From an uncultured Clostridia bacterium (GTDB lineage Bacteria > Bacillota > Clostridia > Christensenellales > UBA1242): 64,000 bases of DNA. The notes under the pieces are model-generated. The model was not told the origin of the DNA and did no database searches. It saw nothing but the letters and a program-made list of their open reading frames with translations. Made by a program: the position numbers and the translations under genes. Of the stretch, positions 1 to 9,941 are shown piece by piece (the first letter of the stretch is position 1; each line of letters begins with the position of its first letter). The stretch covers positions 86,356-150,355 of the forward strand of contig CAMRSX010000001.1 in assembly GCA_947053595.1 (NCBI GenBank), given 5' to 3'.

Positions 1-617
1 TATTTTATTATATAATGTTTCATTTTGTTGTTTGCGACATATGCACGAGAGCGGCTGACGCCATGTTCTTTTGCTGTTTGACAAAATGGCTTGTCCCCAA
101 AATATTTTTCAAGAAAAATTTGTCCTGTTTTGTAAGAGATGCAATTTTTGTTGGTGATGTTATAATTTTTCACAACTGTTTTCACTTCTTCAAGCAAGTC
201 TTTGTCACCCAAATTCTTTTCCATGTCAACTGGATGGGAGAGGCGAGCGGCAGCTGAAAGTTTTTCAGTTGGATTTTTGGTTGTATCCTCGTGATGCCTT
301 TTCACATAAAGACCGACATTCGCTGGCAGCCTTGTTTTATATTTTTCAAAAGAGTCTGGATAATTCACTGCGGTGAGATATTCAAATGTGTCCGCAAGCA
401 AATCTTGAAATTGCTCTCTGTTAAGCTGTTGGCTTACGGCATAGTTTATTACTGCCTTTGCATTCAGTTTAAAGGTTTTCAGCTGAAGGACAAAAGGGCT
501 TCCTTGGCTATATTGCGCAAAAAGCTGCTGATATTCCTTTGAAGAGATGCTCTCTTCAGATGGGCTAAACCCATAGTTGAACACAACAAATTTTTCATAA
601 TCTTCTTTTATGTACAT
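1..617 (-). CDS. HTH protein with a sigma-70 region-4-like C-terminus; the 3' end runs off the window
   Basis: Own minus-strand translation. ATG at 617-615 is preceded by GAGGTAAAG. The product reads MYIKEDYEKFVVFNYGFSPSEE...CISYKTGQIFLEKYFGDKPFCQTAKEHGVSRSRAYVANNKMKHY and stays open to base 1, so it is absent from the ORF track. Confidence 0.5.
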   Translation of the reverse strand, partial: MYIKEDYEKFVVFNYGFSPSEESISSKEYQQLFAQYSQGSPFVLQLKTFKLNAKAVINYAVSQQLNREQFQDLLADTFEYLTAVNYPDSFEKYKTRLPANVGLYVKRHHEDTTKNPTEKLSAAARLSHPVDMEKNLGDKDLLEEVKTVVKNYNITNKNCISYKTGQIFLEKYFGDKPFCQTAKEHGVSRSRAYVANNKMKHYIIK

Positions 618-729
618 TTCTTTACCTCTTTGATTTTTATTATAATGCAAAACCAAGCCAATGTCAATAGGGTAATTTAACAAAAATTGTGTTTCTGCCA
701 ACACATAAGCTGTTTGTGTGCAAAATTCT

Positions 730-758
730 TTGCCTTTTTGTGGGTTTTGTTGTATAAT
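730..758 (+). promoter_or_regulatory. Sigma-A-type promoter candidate (TTGCCT, 17 nt spacer, TATAAT)
   Basis: Hexamers read directly at 730-735 and 753-758, upstream of the RBS AGGAGAGG at 781-788. Confidence 0.4.
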
Positions 759-791
759 TTTAATGTGTAAAAAATTTGCAAGGAGAGGTTG

Positions 792-2024
792 ATGCAAAAA
801 ACAAAAGACAACAATCTGATTGTGTTTAAGCCAAAGCGACAAAACTTTCATGAGTTGGAAGAAAAGACAAGGGCGGGCATCACGGTGTTTTCGGGGCAAA
901 TTTTTGCTTACAGAAACTGTAGGCTGGTGGATGTGCAAAGTGGCAACGTTTTGCTTTGTGACATCTTGGTGAAGGATGAGAAAATCTTTAAGATTGTTTT
1001 GCATGACGATGAAACAAGCCGAGAGCAGTTTTCTGATTGCGAATGCATTGATTGCAGATTTTGCTTGGTTATTCCGCCTTTTTACAACGCTTTTTATGAC
1101 AGCGTGAAGGCGTTTGAAAAGAGTTTTGATGTGCGGGTGGATGAAGACCTAAAACCTCTTGTGCAAGATTTGATGGGCTTGCAATGCAGTTTGAAAGGCG
1201 TGATTTATGTCAACGACATTTCAAAAGGTGAAGGCTTGCTTTTGGACAATTTTGTCGAACAGTCAGAGCAGCAGCTTGGCGAGTTTTGCAACCTTGCTGC
1301 CAAGACTGGTGAAAAGCTTTTTATGAAGGTTGGGCAAGATTTGCAAGAGCTTGGCGCAGTGGACAAGCAATATAAAAAACCGCTTGCCTATGTGTTGGAA
1401 GACTTTGGGTTTTTGGACAGAAATTCGCCCGTTGTTGTGGGCGGAAATTGCTTCGAGAAGGACGATTTGCAAATTTTTGCAAACTATGACACTTCGTTTG
1501 TGGTTTGTCCCTCTGAGGATGCCAGATTTGGCAGACGGCCAACAAATTTGATTTCACTAAAAAATCATGGCTTTGATGTTGGGCTTGGCAGTGGCTATGC
1601 CTTTGAGGTGGACTTCTTTGCGCTTATGCGCCAAATTTTGCAGGCGCAGCGGGGGATGTTTGAAGACGAAGAGTGCATCTGCGAAAAGGATGTGTTTGTT
1701 ATGGCGCTTGCGGGGGTTTATCGAAGCCGCGAGCAGTGCAGCATGGAAGAGGTTGTCAGCCTGAAGGAAGGCGATTTTGCCAACTTTGTGCTTTTGAGTG
1801 ACATTGGCCTTCCAGCCAAGGGGGTTTATGAAAGCGATTTATATTCCAACATCTTTAAGGCGCTTGTTTGGGGCAAAAGCAGCGACGACATTTTGATGAG
1901 CGTTGGAAACGGCAGAATTTTGCAGAAAGGCGGGCTTTGCCAAAGCCTGACAAGCGGTTTGACATATGAAGAAATGGCAATCAAAATTGCAGAAGAAATT
2001 AAATTAAGGAGAAAACAAAAATGA
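792..2024 (+). CDS. Amidohydrolase-superfamily (MtaD/SsnA-like) homologue with substituted metal ligands
   Basis: By-eye alignment to remembered MtaD. CLVIPPFYNAFYDS sits where LVMPALFNTHTHA occurs, and GLGSGYAFEVDFF sits where LGTDGAASNN occurs. ATG 792 follows AGGAGAGG; the track start 789 is TTG. Confidence 0.6.
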   Translation: MQKTKDNNLIVFKPKRQNFHELEEKTRAGITVFSGQIFAYRNCRLVDVQSGNVLLCDILVKDEKIFKIVLHDDETSREQFSDCECIDCRFCLVIPPFYNAFYDSVKAFEKSFDVRVDEDLKPLVQDLMGLQCSLKGVIYVNDISKGEGLLLDNFVEQSEQQLGEFCNLAAKTGEKLFMKVGQDLQELGAVDKQYKKPLAYVLEDFGFLDRNSPVVVGGNCFEKDDLQIFANYDTSFVVCPSEDARFGRRPTNLISLKNHGFDVGLGSGYAFEVDFFALMRQILQAQRGMFEDEECICEKDVFVMALAGVYRSREQCSMEEVVSLKEGDFANFVLLSDIGLPAKGVYESDLYSNIFKALVWGKSSDDILMSVGNGRILQKGGLCQSLTSGLTYEEMAIKIAEEIKLRRKQK

Positions 2025-4177
2025 CAATTCAGGAAAGATTATCAAGTGAATTTGGGCTTAGGATGGACTATAGCCAAAACATTATTGAGCTTATTGATGA
2101 AGGAAACACCATTCCTTTCATTGCCAGATATCGTAAGGAGATGCACGGCTCTTGTGACGACCAAGTGCTGAGAAATTTTGCCGACAGATTGAAATATTTG
2201 CGCAATCTGGACGACGAAAAAGCCAAGGTGGAGAAGGTCATCACCGAGCAAGGCAAATGGACGGACGAGCTTAAAAAAGCGTTGGAAGAGGCAATGACCT
2301 TGACAGAAGTGGAGGACATATATCGTCCATATAAGCCAAAGCGCAAAACGCGTGCATCGGTTGCCATTGCAAAGGGCTTGGAGCCACTGGCGGACATTTT
2401 GCAAGCGCAAAAGAAGGGCGTGGATTTGATGGAAGAAGCAAAAAATTTTGTCACCGAAGAAGTTTTGACGCCACAAGATGCCATTGCGGGCGCAAAGGAC
2501 ATCATTGCAGAGCGAATTTCCGACAGCGCTGAACTGAGAAAAGAGCTGCGTGAAATTTTGGCAACCAAGGGCTTTGTTTTTTGCACTCTGCTTGAAAACG
2601 AAGCAAATTTGACATATGAAACATATTCTGGCTTTAAGCAAGAAGTGAAAAACATTCCAAGCCATCGTGTGCTTGCCATCAATCGGGGCGAGAAGGAAAA
2701 GTGTCTGAAGGTGGAAATTCAGATTGATGAAAAACTCACCATTCCTGTGATTGAAAAGCACTTCAAAAAAGACAACGAAGCCACCAACACCATCATGGAA
2801 GAAACCATTGCTGACGCATATGAAAGACTGCTGTTTCCTTCGCTGGAAAGAGAGTGCAGAAACAACCTCACCGACATGGCAAACGAACAAGCCATCAAGA
2901 TGTTTGAGGTTAATTTGAAGCCGCTGCTTTTGGAATCGCCACTTAAAAACAACATCATTTTGGGCTTTGACCCTGGCTATCACAACGGCTGCAAAATTGC
3001 GGTTATTGACAAAAATGGCAGCGTTTTGGACACAACAGTGGTTTATCCAACACCTCCTCGCAGCAAGACGGAAGAGGCGCTGGAAAAGCTTAAGAGTATG
3101 ATTGAAAAGAACAATGTTGACATTGTGGCAATTGGCAACGGAACAGCTTCAAAAGAAAGTGAGATTTTTGTTGCAGAGCTTCTTAAACATGTGAACAGGC
3201 CGGTTTCTTATGCTGTTGTCAGCGAGGCGGGCGCATCTGTTTATTCTGCTTCCAAATTGGCGGCAGAGGAGTTTCCAGAATATGACGTCAACTTGCGAAG
3301 TGCGGTTTCAATCGCTCGCAGATTGCAAGACCCATTGGCGGAACTGATTAAGATTGATGTTAAATCCATTGGCGTGGGACAATATCAGCACGACATGCCT
3401 CAAAACCGCTTGACCGAAGTTTTGACGGGCGTGGTGGAAGACTGCGTAAACAGCGTGGGTGTGGATTTGAACACTGCCAGCCCAAGTTTGCTTTCTTATG
3501 TTTCGGGGCTTAATATGTCCATTGCCAAAAACATTGTGGCGCAAAGAAGCAAAAACAAGGGCTTCAAAAGCCGCGAACAGCTGCTGAGCGTGCCAAAGCT
3601 TGGGCCAAAGGCATATGAGCAGTGCGCGGGCTTCTTGCGCGTTGTGGGCGGAGAAAATGTGCTGGACAACACCGCAGTGCATCCAGAAAGTTATGACGCG
3701 GCAAGAAAGCTTTTGAAAATTTTCAGTCTCAGTGAAGAGGATGTGAAAAACAACAACCTCATCAACTTGCCAAAATATATTGAAGAAAGAGGGCAGAAGA
3801 AGGTGGCTGAAGAGTGCGGGGTTGGCGTGCCAACACTTTGCGACATCACCAGCGAGCTTTTGAAGCCGGGGCGAGATATTCGCGAAAGCATGCCAAAGCC
3901 AGTGCTTAGAAGTGATGTCATCCATTTGGAAGACTTAAAAGAGGGCATGGTGTTTTCTGGCGTGGTGAGAAACGTGGTGGACTTTGGAGCGTTTGTGGAC
4001 ATTGGCGTGCATCAGGATGGACTTGTGCACATTTCTCAGCTTTCAGACGCCTTTGTTAAGCATCCAAGTGATGTTGTTAAGGTGGGCGATGTTGTGGATG
4101 TTAAGGTGATGGCTGTGGACTTGGCAAAGAAGAGAATTTCGCTTACCATGAAAGGAATTGAAAAAGATGCAGAGTGA
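2021..4177 (+). CDS. tex: Tex-like transcription accessory protein (S1 RNA-binding domain at the C-terminus)
   Basis: 718 aa. It contains the IPFIARYRKE motif, a YqgF-like middle region and a C-terminal S1 domain (GMVFSGVVRNVVDFGAFVDIG). ATGA overlap with the upstream gene. Confidence 0.9.
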   Translation: MTIQERLSSEFGLRMDYSQNIIELIDEGNTIPFIARYRKEMHGSCDDQVLRNFADRLKYLRNLDDEKAKVEKVITEQGKWTDELKKALEEAMTLTEVEDIYRPYKPKRKTRASVAIAKGLEPLADILQAQKKGVDLMEEAKNFVTEEVLTPQDAIAGAKDIIAERISDSAELRKELREILATKGFVFCTLLENEANLTYETYSGFKQEVKNIPSHRVLAINRGEKEKCLKVEIQIDEKLTIPVIEKHFKKDNEATNTIMEETIADAYERLLFPSLERECRNNLTDMANEQAIKMFEVNLKPLLLESPLKNNIILGFDPGYHNGCKIAVIDKNGSVLDTTVVYPTPPRSKTEEALEKLKSMIEKNNVDIVAIGNGTASKESEIFVAELLKHVNRPVSYAVVSEAGASVYSASKLAAEEFPEYDVNLRSAVSIARRLQDPLAELIKIDVKSIGVGQYQHDMPQNRLTEVLTGVVEDCVNSVGVDLNTASPSLLSYVSGLNMSIAKNIVAQRSKNKGFKSREQLLSVPKLGPKAYEQCAGFLRVVGGENVLDNTAVHPESYDAARKLLKIFSLSEEDVKNNNLINLPKYIEERGQKKVAEECGVGVPTLCDITSELLKPGRDIRESMPKPVLRSDVIHLEDLKEGMVFSGVVRNVVDFGAFVDIGVHQDGLVHISQLSDAFVKHPSDVVKVGDVVDVKVMAVDLAKKRISLTMKGIEKDAE

Positions 4178-4316
4178 AGTTTGCCCAAAGTGTGCAACAA
4201 GTGCGGCTGAAATTTTGGAAACGGGCTTTGTTGGCTGCGAAAAGTGCTATGAGTTGCCGTCTGTTAAGGCAGCCGTGGAAAAGCTGTATGATGGCAAGCG
4301 TCACAAACAAATTTGA
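4167..4316 (+). CDS. mcsA: Mini McsA-like zinc-finger protein (49 aa), below the ORF-track size cutoff
   Basis: Own translation: MQSEVCPKCATSAAEILETGFVGCEKCYELPSVKAAVEKLYDGKRHKQI. The CPKC...GCxxCY pattern matches the second zinc-finger pair of remembered B. subtilis McsA. It overlaps the tex stop and lies immediately upstream of mcsB. Confidence 0.55.
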   Translation: MQSEVCPKCATSAAEILETGFVGCEKCYELPSVKAAVEKLYDGKRHKQI

Positions 4317-4365
4317 TTTGAACGCTTGTTTTTAAGCACTTTTCAATTTGAAAGAAAGGACAAGA

Positions 4366-5379
4366 ATGAACGAAAATTTTGAAAACATTGCAATTTCATC
4401 GCGAATTAGGCTGGCGAGAAATGTTTCTGGCTTCAATTTTTTCACGAAACTGACAAATGAAGATGACGCAAAACACATTGTGTCATCTCTTTCTTATGCT
4501 CTTTTGAAGTTTGGCGATTTTGACATCATCAAGCTTAAAAGTTTGTCACTTAACGAGTGCAATGCGCTTTTGGAGAGGCACATCATCAGCAAAGAGCTGA
4601 TTGAAAACAAAGACATCTCTGCTGTTGCGCTTTCGCCAGACGAACATCTCATCATTATGATGAATGAAGAAGACCACATAAGGGAACAATGTATGTGCAA
4701 GGGCTTCAACTTGTTTAGGCCATATCGCGAAATTAAGATGTTGGACGATTTGCTGCTTTCTCACTTGGATGTGGCATACAACGATTGTTTTGGCTTTCTC
4801 ACTTCCAGCCCTTCCAATTTGGGCACGGGAATGAGGGCGTCGGTGATGCTGTTTTTGCCAGCACTGGAGCGAAATGGCGACATTGAAATCATCAAGAAAG
4901 AAGCCAAATTGCTGAAGGCAACCGTGCGTGGGCTTTATGGCGAGGGCACGGCAACCTATGGCAGTTTTTATCAAATTTCCAATCAAAACACCCTTGGTAT
5001 GAGCGAAGAGGAAATCATTGACAGCGTGTCCGAATATGTATATCAAATTTGTCAGATGGAGCTTTCGGCAAGGGAGGACATCCTTTCCAGCAATCATGAT
5101 GAATTGGTGGATGAGGTTTGCAGAGCCTTTGGCACGCTTAAGGAGTGCACCCTTTTGAAAGAAAAGGAGATGATTGAGCTTTTGTCAGTTGTCAGATTTG
5201 GGGCTGCGCTTGGATTTTTGAAGATTTTGGATGAAAGAGAGTTTGACAGGCTTATGACCGAGCTTTGCAGTGCCAATCTGCACGAAATTGAAAATTTTTC
5301 TGTGGAAAAGAAGGAAGAACTTGTGCGAAGTGAGTATATAAATAAAAAAATAAGAGTTCTTGTCAAACGCGCCTTTTAG
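4366..5379 (+). CDS. mcsB: Protein arginine kinase McsB
   Basis: Motifs ISSRIRLARN, NEEDHIR and SPSNLGTGMRASVMLFLPAL. ATG 4366 lies 5 nt after AAGGA; the track start 4348 is TTG. Confidence 0.9.
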   Translation: MNENFENIAISSRIRLARNVSGFNFFTKLTNEDDAKHIVSSLSYALLKFGDFDIIKLKSLSLNECNALLERHIISKELIENKDISAVALSPDEHLIIMMNEEDHIREQCMCKGFNLFRPYREIKMLDDLLLSHLDVAYNDCFGFLTSSPSNLGTGMRASVMLFLPALERNGDIEIIKKEAKLLKATVRGLYGEGTATYGSFYQISNQNTLGMSEEEIIDSVSEYVYQICQMELSAREDILSSNHDELVDEVCRAFGTLKECTLLKEKEMIELLSVVRFGAALGFLKILDEREFDRLMTELCSANLHEIENFSVEKKEELVRSEYINKKIRVLVKRAF

Positions 5380-5418
5380 GTGTTTAAAAGTTTTGACAAA
5401 TAAATTGAGGAGGAGAGG

Positions 5419-7842
5419 ATGGCTTACAATAATGGTTTGTTTTCTGACAGCATTGAAAAGGTGATTAAAAATGCCAGCAAAATTGCACTGCGCTTTGGAA
5501 GCAATTTGGTGGGCACCGAGCATGTGCTGTATGGCTTGGTGAGCGTTTCTGACTGCACGGCTTCCAAGTTGTTGAAAGGCTACGGTGTGACAGAAAAGGC
5601 ACTTTTTGATGTGTTTGAAAAGTCTGCAAGTGGCATTTCGCTGTTTGGAAATGTGGAGCTTACGCCTCGCACCAAAGAGTTGTTTCAGGTGGCGCAGCAA
5701 ATTGCCATGGATTTGGGGCATTCGTTTATTGGCACCGAGCATCTTCTTTTGGCAATTTTGTCCAACAAAAGTTGTTATGCCACAAGAATGCTGGTGGACT
5801 TTTTTGCCGTGGATGTAGAGGAGGTGAAAATCAAACTGCTTTCTTCGCTGCAGATTAATGTTTCGCCAAAGGAAAGCAAAAAAACTGAAGAGCAATCGGG
5901 CAGCAGTTTGCCAGAAAAGTTGCTGGAAATGGGCAGTGACATCACACTGAAAGCACGTCAACACAAGCTGGACCCAGTGATTGGACGCGAAGAAGAAATT
6001 CAGCGCGTGATTGAAATTTTGTGCCGAAAAACCAAAAACAACCCTGTTCTGATTGGTGAAGCTGGGGTTGGAAAAACCGCCGTGGTGGAGGGGCTTGCTC
6101 AAGCCATTGCAAGCGGGGATGTGCCTGACGAAATCAGGGACAAAAGCGTGTTTTCTTTGGAAATTGGCGGGCTGATGGCAGGCACAAAATATCGCGGTCA
6201 GATGGAAGAAAAGTTGAAGGATGTGATTGAAACCATCATCGAAAGCGGAAACATCATTGTGTTTATTGACGAAATTCACACCCTTGCGCAGGCGGGCAGT
6301 GAAAAGGGTGAAACCAGCCCTTCGGATATGCTTAAACCATATCTTGCGCGTGGCGAGCTGCAAACAATTGGCGCCACCACCACGGATGAATATCGAAAAT
6401 ACATCGAAAAGGACAAGGCTTTGGAGCGTCGTTTTCAGCCAGTGATGGTGAATCCGCCTTCTGTGGAGCAGACCATTGAAATTTTGAAAGGGCTTAAGGA
6501 CACCTATGAGGCATATCACAAAATCATCATCTCAAACGAAGCAATTTGTGCTGCGGCAAATCTTTCGGACAGATATATAACCGACCGCAGTTTGCCAGAC
6601 AAGGCCATTGACCTTATTGACGAGGCGTGCTCGCGTGCCAAGGTGAATTTCACCTTAAAGCCACAAAAGGTGCGGGATTTGGAGGACAAAATCAAAAGTT
6701 TGTCTGCCAGCCGCGATGAGGCTTCGCTGCAAAGAAACTATGAAAAAGCTGCCAAGGTGCAGTCTGAAATCATCAATCTGGAAAACGAACTGCGCGCGCA
6801 GAACGACACCATTGTCAAAAAAAGCGGAAGTGGACAGATTGGCGAGAATGAAATTGCCGAGGTTGTTTCAAAATGGACGGGAATTCCGGTGACAAAACTC
6901 ACCGAGGGCGAAAAAGAAAAACTGTTGCATTTGGAAGAGATTTTGCACAAGCGCGTTGTGGGGCAGGACGAAGCAATCAACGCTGTTTCAAAGGCAATTA
7001 GGCGCGCCAGAGTGGGGCTTGCAGATGACAAAAGGCCGGTGGGTTCTTTCTTGTTTATGGGGCCAACAGGGGTTGGAAAGACAGAACTTTCAAAAGCCAT
7101 TGCCGAGGCGCTTTTTGACAACGAAAACAACATTGTGCGCATTGACATGAGTGAGTTTATGGAAAGCCACACTGTTTCAAAGCTGATTGGGTCACCTCCG
7201 GGCTATGTTGGCTTTGACGAGGGTGGACAACTGACAGAACAGGTGCGCAGAAAGCCTTACAGTGTGGTGCTGTTTGACGAAATTGAAAAGGCGCATCCAG
7301 AGGTGCTTAACGCACTTCTTCAAATTTTGGATGACGGGCGGCTGACGGACAGCAAGGGCAGAATGGTGTCCTTTAAAAACACCGTCATCATCATGACAAG
7401 CAACATTGGAGCAAACGAAATCAGGCAGCAAAAGCAGTTGGGCTTTGGCACTGACGCCAGCGAGAAGGTGGCAGAGCGTGACATATACATGGATGCTTTA
7501 AAAAAGAAGTTTAAGCCCGAGCTCATCAACCGCATTGATGTGATTTGCATTTTTGAAAGTCTTTCAAAGCAAAACTTGATGACCATTTCAAACATCATGA
7601 TTTCAAACATCAACAAGCGCCTTGCAGCCAAGGATTTGAAGTTGATTGTGGACAAGAAAGCCATTGATTTTATTGTTGCAAAGGGCAGCAACCTCATCTA
7701 TGGTGCAAGGCCGCTTAAACGCTTCATCGAGCAAGAACTTGAGGACAAAATTGCCGAAAAAATTTTGCTTGGCACATTGCCAGAGCATGGAACAATTGAG
7801 GTGGGCTTAAACGGATGCGAACTGACCTTTCAAACCAAGTGA
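5419..7842 (+). CDS. clpC: ATP-dependent Clp protease ATP-binding subunit ClpC
   Basis: 807 aa. It has an N-terminal Clp repeat, two AAA+ modules ([18 protein letters not shown]) and a UVR-like linker. Strong RBS GAGGAGGAGAGG. Confidence 0.93.
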   Translation: MAYNNGLFSDSIEKVIKNASKIALRFGSNLVGTEHVLYGLVSVSDCTASKLLKGYGVTEKALFDVFEKSASGISLFGNVELTPRTKELFQVAQQIAMDLGHSFIGTEHLLLAILSNKSCYATRMLVDFFAVDVEEVKIKLLSSLQINVSPKESKKTEEQSGSSLPEKLLEMGSDITLKARQHKLDPVIGREEEIQRVIEILCRKTKNNPVLIGEAGVGKTAVVEGLAQAIASGDVPDEIRDKSVFSLEIGGLMAGTKYRGQMEEKLKDVIETIIESGNIIVFIDEIHTLAQAGSEKGETSPSDMLKPYLARGELQTIGATTTDEYRKYIEKDKALERRFQPVMVNPPSVEQTIEILKGLKDTYEAYHKIIISNEAICAAANLSDRYITDRSLPDKAIDLIDEACSRAKVNFTLKPQKVRDLEDKIKSLSASRDEASLQRNYEKAAKVQSEIINLENELRAQNDTIVKKSGSGQIGENEIAEVVSKWTGIPVTKLTEGEKEKLLHLEEILHKRVVGQDEAINAVSKAIRRARVGLADDKRPVGSFLFMGPTGVGKTELSKAIAEALFDNENNIVRIDMSEFMESHTVSKLIGSPPGYVGFDEGGQLTEQVRRKPYSVVLFDEIEKAHPEVLNALLQILDDGRLTDSKGRMVSFKNTVIIMTSNIGANEIRQQKQLGFGTDASEKVAERDIYMDALKKKFKPELINRIDVICIFESLSKQNLMTISNIMISNINKRLAAKDLKLIVDKKAIDFIVAKGSNLIYGARPLKRFIEQELEDKIAEKILLGTLPEHGTIEVGLNGCELTFQTK

Positions 7843-7939
7843 CATTTTGTGTTTTTGATGAGAAATCGCTTTGAAAAATGGAAAGTTTTTGATAAAATGA
7901 ATATGTAAAAATAAAGCAAAATAAAAAAGGAGAAAAAGC

Positions 7940-8467
7940 ATGAAAGTTACATTTGTTGAGAAAAAATTTAAAATTGCAAAGCGCTTTAAGGATGTCATGG
8001 AAGAAAAGCTGGCAAAGTTGGACAAATATTTCAACGAAACAGCATCCGCAAGGGTGGTTTGCAGCAAGCAAGACAAAGCAGAAAAACTGGAAGTGACAAT
8101 TTCCATCAAGGGATTGATTTATCGCTCTGAAGTTTCCAGTTTAAATATGTATGAAAACATCGACCTTGCACTTCCAAAACTTGAGAAGCAAATTGTCAGA
8201 AACAGAGAAAAGGCCATCCAGAAAAAGCGCACGGCAGCCAAGGACTTTGGCTTTGAATTTTTGGAAGAATTGCCAGAGCTTAAACTGCCTGACATTTCCA
8301 AGAAAAAAGTGTTTGATTTGGACCCAATCACTCTTGAAGATGCCAAGGATGGCATCGAGCGTTTGGGGCACAATTTTTACATTTTTCTCAATGCTGAAAC
8401 TGGCAAGGTGAATGTGCTTTATCGCAGAAATGACAACAAATATGGCTTGATTGAAGTTAATTATTGA
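7940..8467 (+). CDS. hpf: Ribosome hibernation promoting factor (long form)
   Basis: 175 aa. It has an N-terminal RaiA/YfiA-like domain and a C-terminal dimerisation domain (NFYIFLNAETGKVNVLYRRNDNKYGLIE). Confidence 0.88.
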   Translation: MKVTFVEKKFKIAKRFKDVMEEKLAKLDKYFNETASARVVCSKQDKAEKLEVTISIKGLIYRSEVSSLNMYENIDLALPKLEKQIVRNREKAIQKKRTAAKDFGFEFLEELPELKLPDISKKKVFDLDPITLEDAKDGIERLGHNFYIFLNAETGKVNVLYRRNDNKYGLIEVNY

Positions 8468-8494
8468 TTTTTGTTTTTAAATTTCAAAACAAAA

Positions 8495-8529
8495 GCGCAA
8501 AAAAAATTGGTTAAAAAATTTTTTTGCGC
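8495..8529 (+). terminator. Hairpin downstream of hpf (GCGCAAAAAAA / TTTTTTTGCGC)
   Basis: Inverted repeat read directly. The stem is A/U-rich, so its strength is uncertain. Confidence 0.35.
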
Positions 8530-8636
8530 AATATTTTAGGGAAAAGTTTTATGTTTTTGAAAAATTTCACTGCTTTTTTTAGCGGTGATTTTTTGTTGTT
8601 TTTGATATTTTAAATTTTTTTGCGCAACATATTGTC

Positions 8637-9155
8637 ATGAAAAAGTTGATTTTTGGATTTTTTTGTTTGTGTTTGTGTGTTTTGGCGGTGGGTTGCGAAA
8701 GCGAAACCAAAATTTCCAGCGCTCACATAAGCAACATCACAGGCGCGCTTTCCACAAACTATGCCATCAAGGTGGTTTTGGATGATGACGACCGTGTGAA
8801 TGACAAATATGTTGGGCTTCAAATGCGCTCCAGCAAAGAAAACTTGATTTTAAAATTTGGAGAGGAGCTGGGCGATGATTACACCCTGACGCTGGAAAAA
8901 GCGGATTATTGGTATAATCTGACATATCTCATCAGCAAAACAAATGGCGTTGGCACAGAAGCGGGTTATTTGGACTATGAGGCATATGGTGACAGGGTGT
9001 TCAGATTCTCTGCAAATCAGGATGTGGAGTTGACCTTCCGCATGGTGGTGGGCAAGCCTAAGAAAAATGAATCCACCGGCGAGGAGATTTTGGTGCTTAG
9101 CGAGCCAATTTCCAAGGAGGTTACGGTTAAGATGAAAAAGGCAGAAGAGAAATAG
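8637..9155 (+). CDS. Lipoprotein of unknown function
   Basis: Signal peptide with lipobox: MKKLIFGFFCLCLCVLAVGC|ESE. Confidence 0.6.
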   Translation: MKKLIFGFFCLCLCVLAVGCESETKISSAHISNITGALSTNYAIKVVLDDDDRVNDKYVGLQMRSSKENLILKFGEELGDDYTLTLEKADYWYNLTYLISKTNGVGTEAGYLDYEAYGDRVFRFSANQDVELTFRMVVGKPKKNESTGEEILVLSEPISKEVTVKMKKAEEK

Positions 9156-9287
9156 AGAAATGATATGAAAAATTTCGCCCAATTTGGGCAATTTAAAACT
9201 TTTTAAACTTGATTTGCAAAATCTGCAAATCATTTTTATTTTCTTTGAAATTGTGATATGATATATTTAGTTTAAGGGAGAAACCAA

Positions 9288-9932
9288 ATGTTATCAATCA
9301 AAAACCTCAATTTGAAATATACAAAAGAGTTTTATGCGCTGGAGGACATCTGCTTGGAAGTTGAGCCGGGTGAAAGCGTGGCTTTTGTGGGGGAAGAAAA
9401 CAGCGGAAAAACAACTTTGCTGCGCGTGATTGCAAAGCTGGAGGATTTTGACAGCGGCGAAGTTTACATCAACAAAATTCCACTTAAAAAAGTGGATTTT
9501 AAGACAGACCTAAGCGTTGGCTATGTGCCATATTGCCCAGTTTTTCTGGAAAACAAGACGGTTTATGAAAATTTCAGATATATCCTAAACAAAAAGGGCG
9601 TCAAGCCGGCAGAAGCTGAACGGATGATTAACAACGCCATAATTGATTTTTCCATTGAAAAAATTCGCGATGAGAAAGTGAAAAACATCCGCAAGGAAGA
9701 CAAATACATTCTTTCGCTCATCAGACTTTCCTTCAGAAGGCTGGATTTGCTGTTGGTGGACAACATCTTTGACGAAATTTCGGATGTTTACATTGACGCC
9801 ATCTTAAGCCTGATTAAAAAAATGAAGGGGGCTGACACCACACTCATCTTGGCTTGCACAAGGCCAGAAATTGCAGAAAAGCTGTGCAAAAGAAAGTTAT
9901 ATTTCGAGCACGGCAGGGTTTCTGAAGAATGA
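9288..9932 (+). CDS. Orphan ABC-type ATPase-like protein with degenerate signature, Walker B and H-loop
   Basis: Walker A GEENSGKT is present. The LSGGQ position reads RKEDK, Walker B is LLLVDN (no Glu), and the H-loop position lacks His. No permease gene is adjacent. Confidence 0.6.
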   Translation: MLSIKNLNLKYTKEFYALEDICLEVEPGESVAFVGEENSGKTTLLRVIAKLEDFDSGEVYINKIPLKKVDFKTDLSVGYVPYCPVFLENKTVYENFRYILNKKGVKPAEAERMINNAIIDFSIEKIRDEKVKNIRKEDKYILSLIRLSFRRLDLLLVDNIFDEISDVYIDAILSLIKKMKGADTTLILACTRPEIAEKLCKRKLYFEHGRVSEE

Positions 9933-9941
9933 TTTTGCATT

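Noticed and set aside
2042-2983. 313-aa and 204-aa ORFs antisense to tex
   Set aside because: Shadow ORFs opposite a conserved gene.
5185-6519. 444-aa ORF antisense to mcsB/clpC
   Set aside because: It lies entirely within well-supported genes on the opposite strand. Its composition is rich in His, Phe, Cys and Gln with no motifs, and there is no RBS. It is a shadow ORF caused by codon bias.
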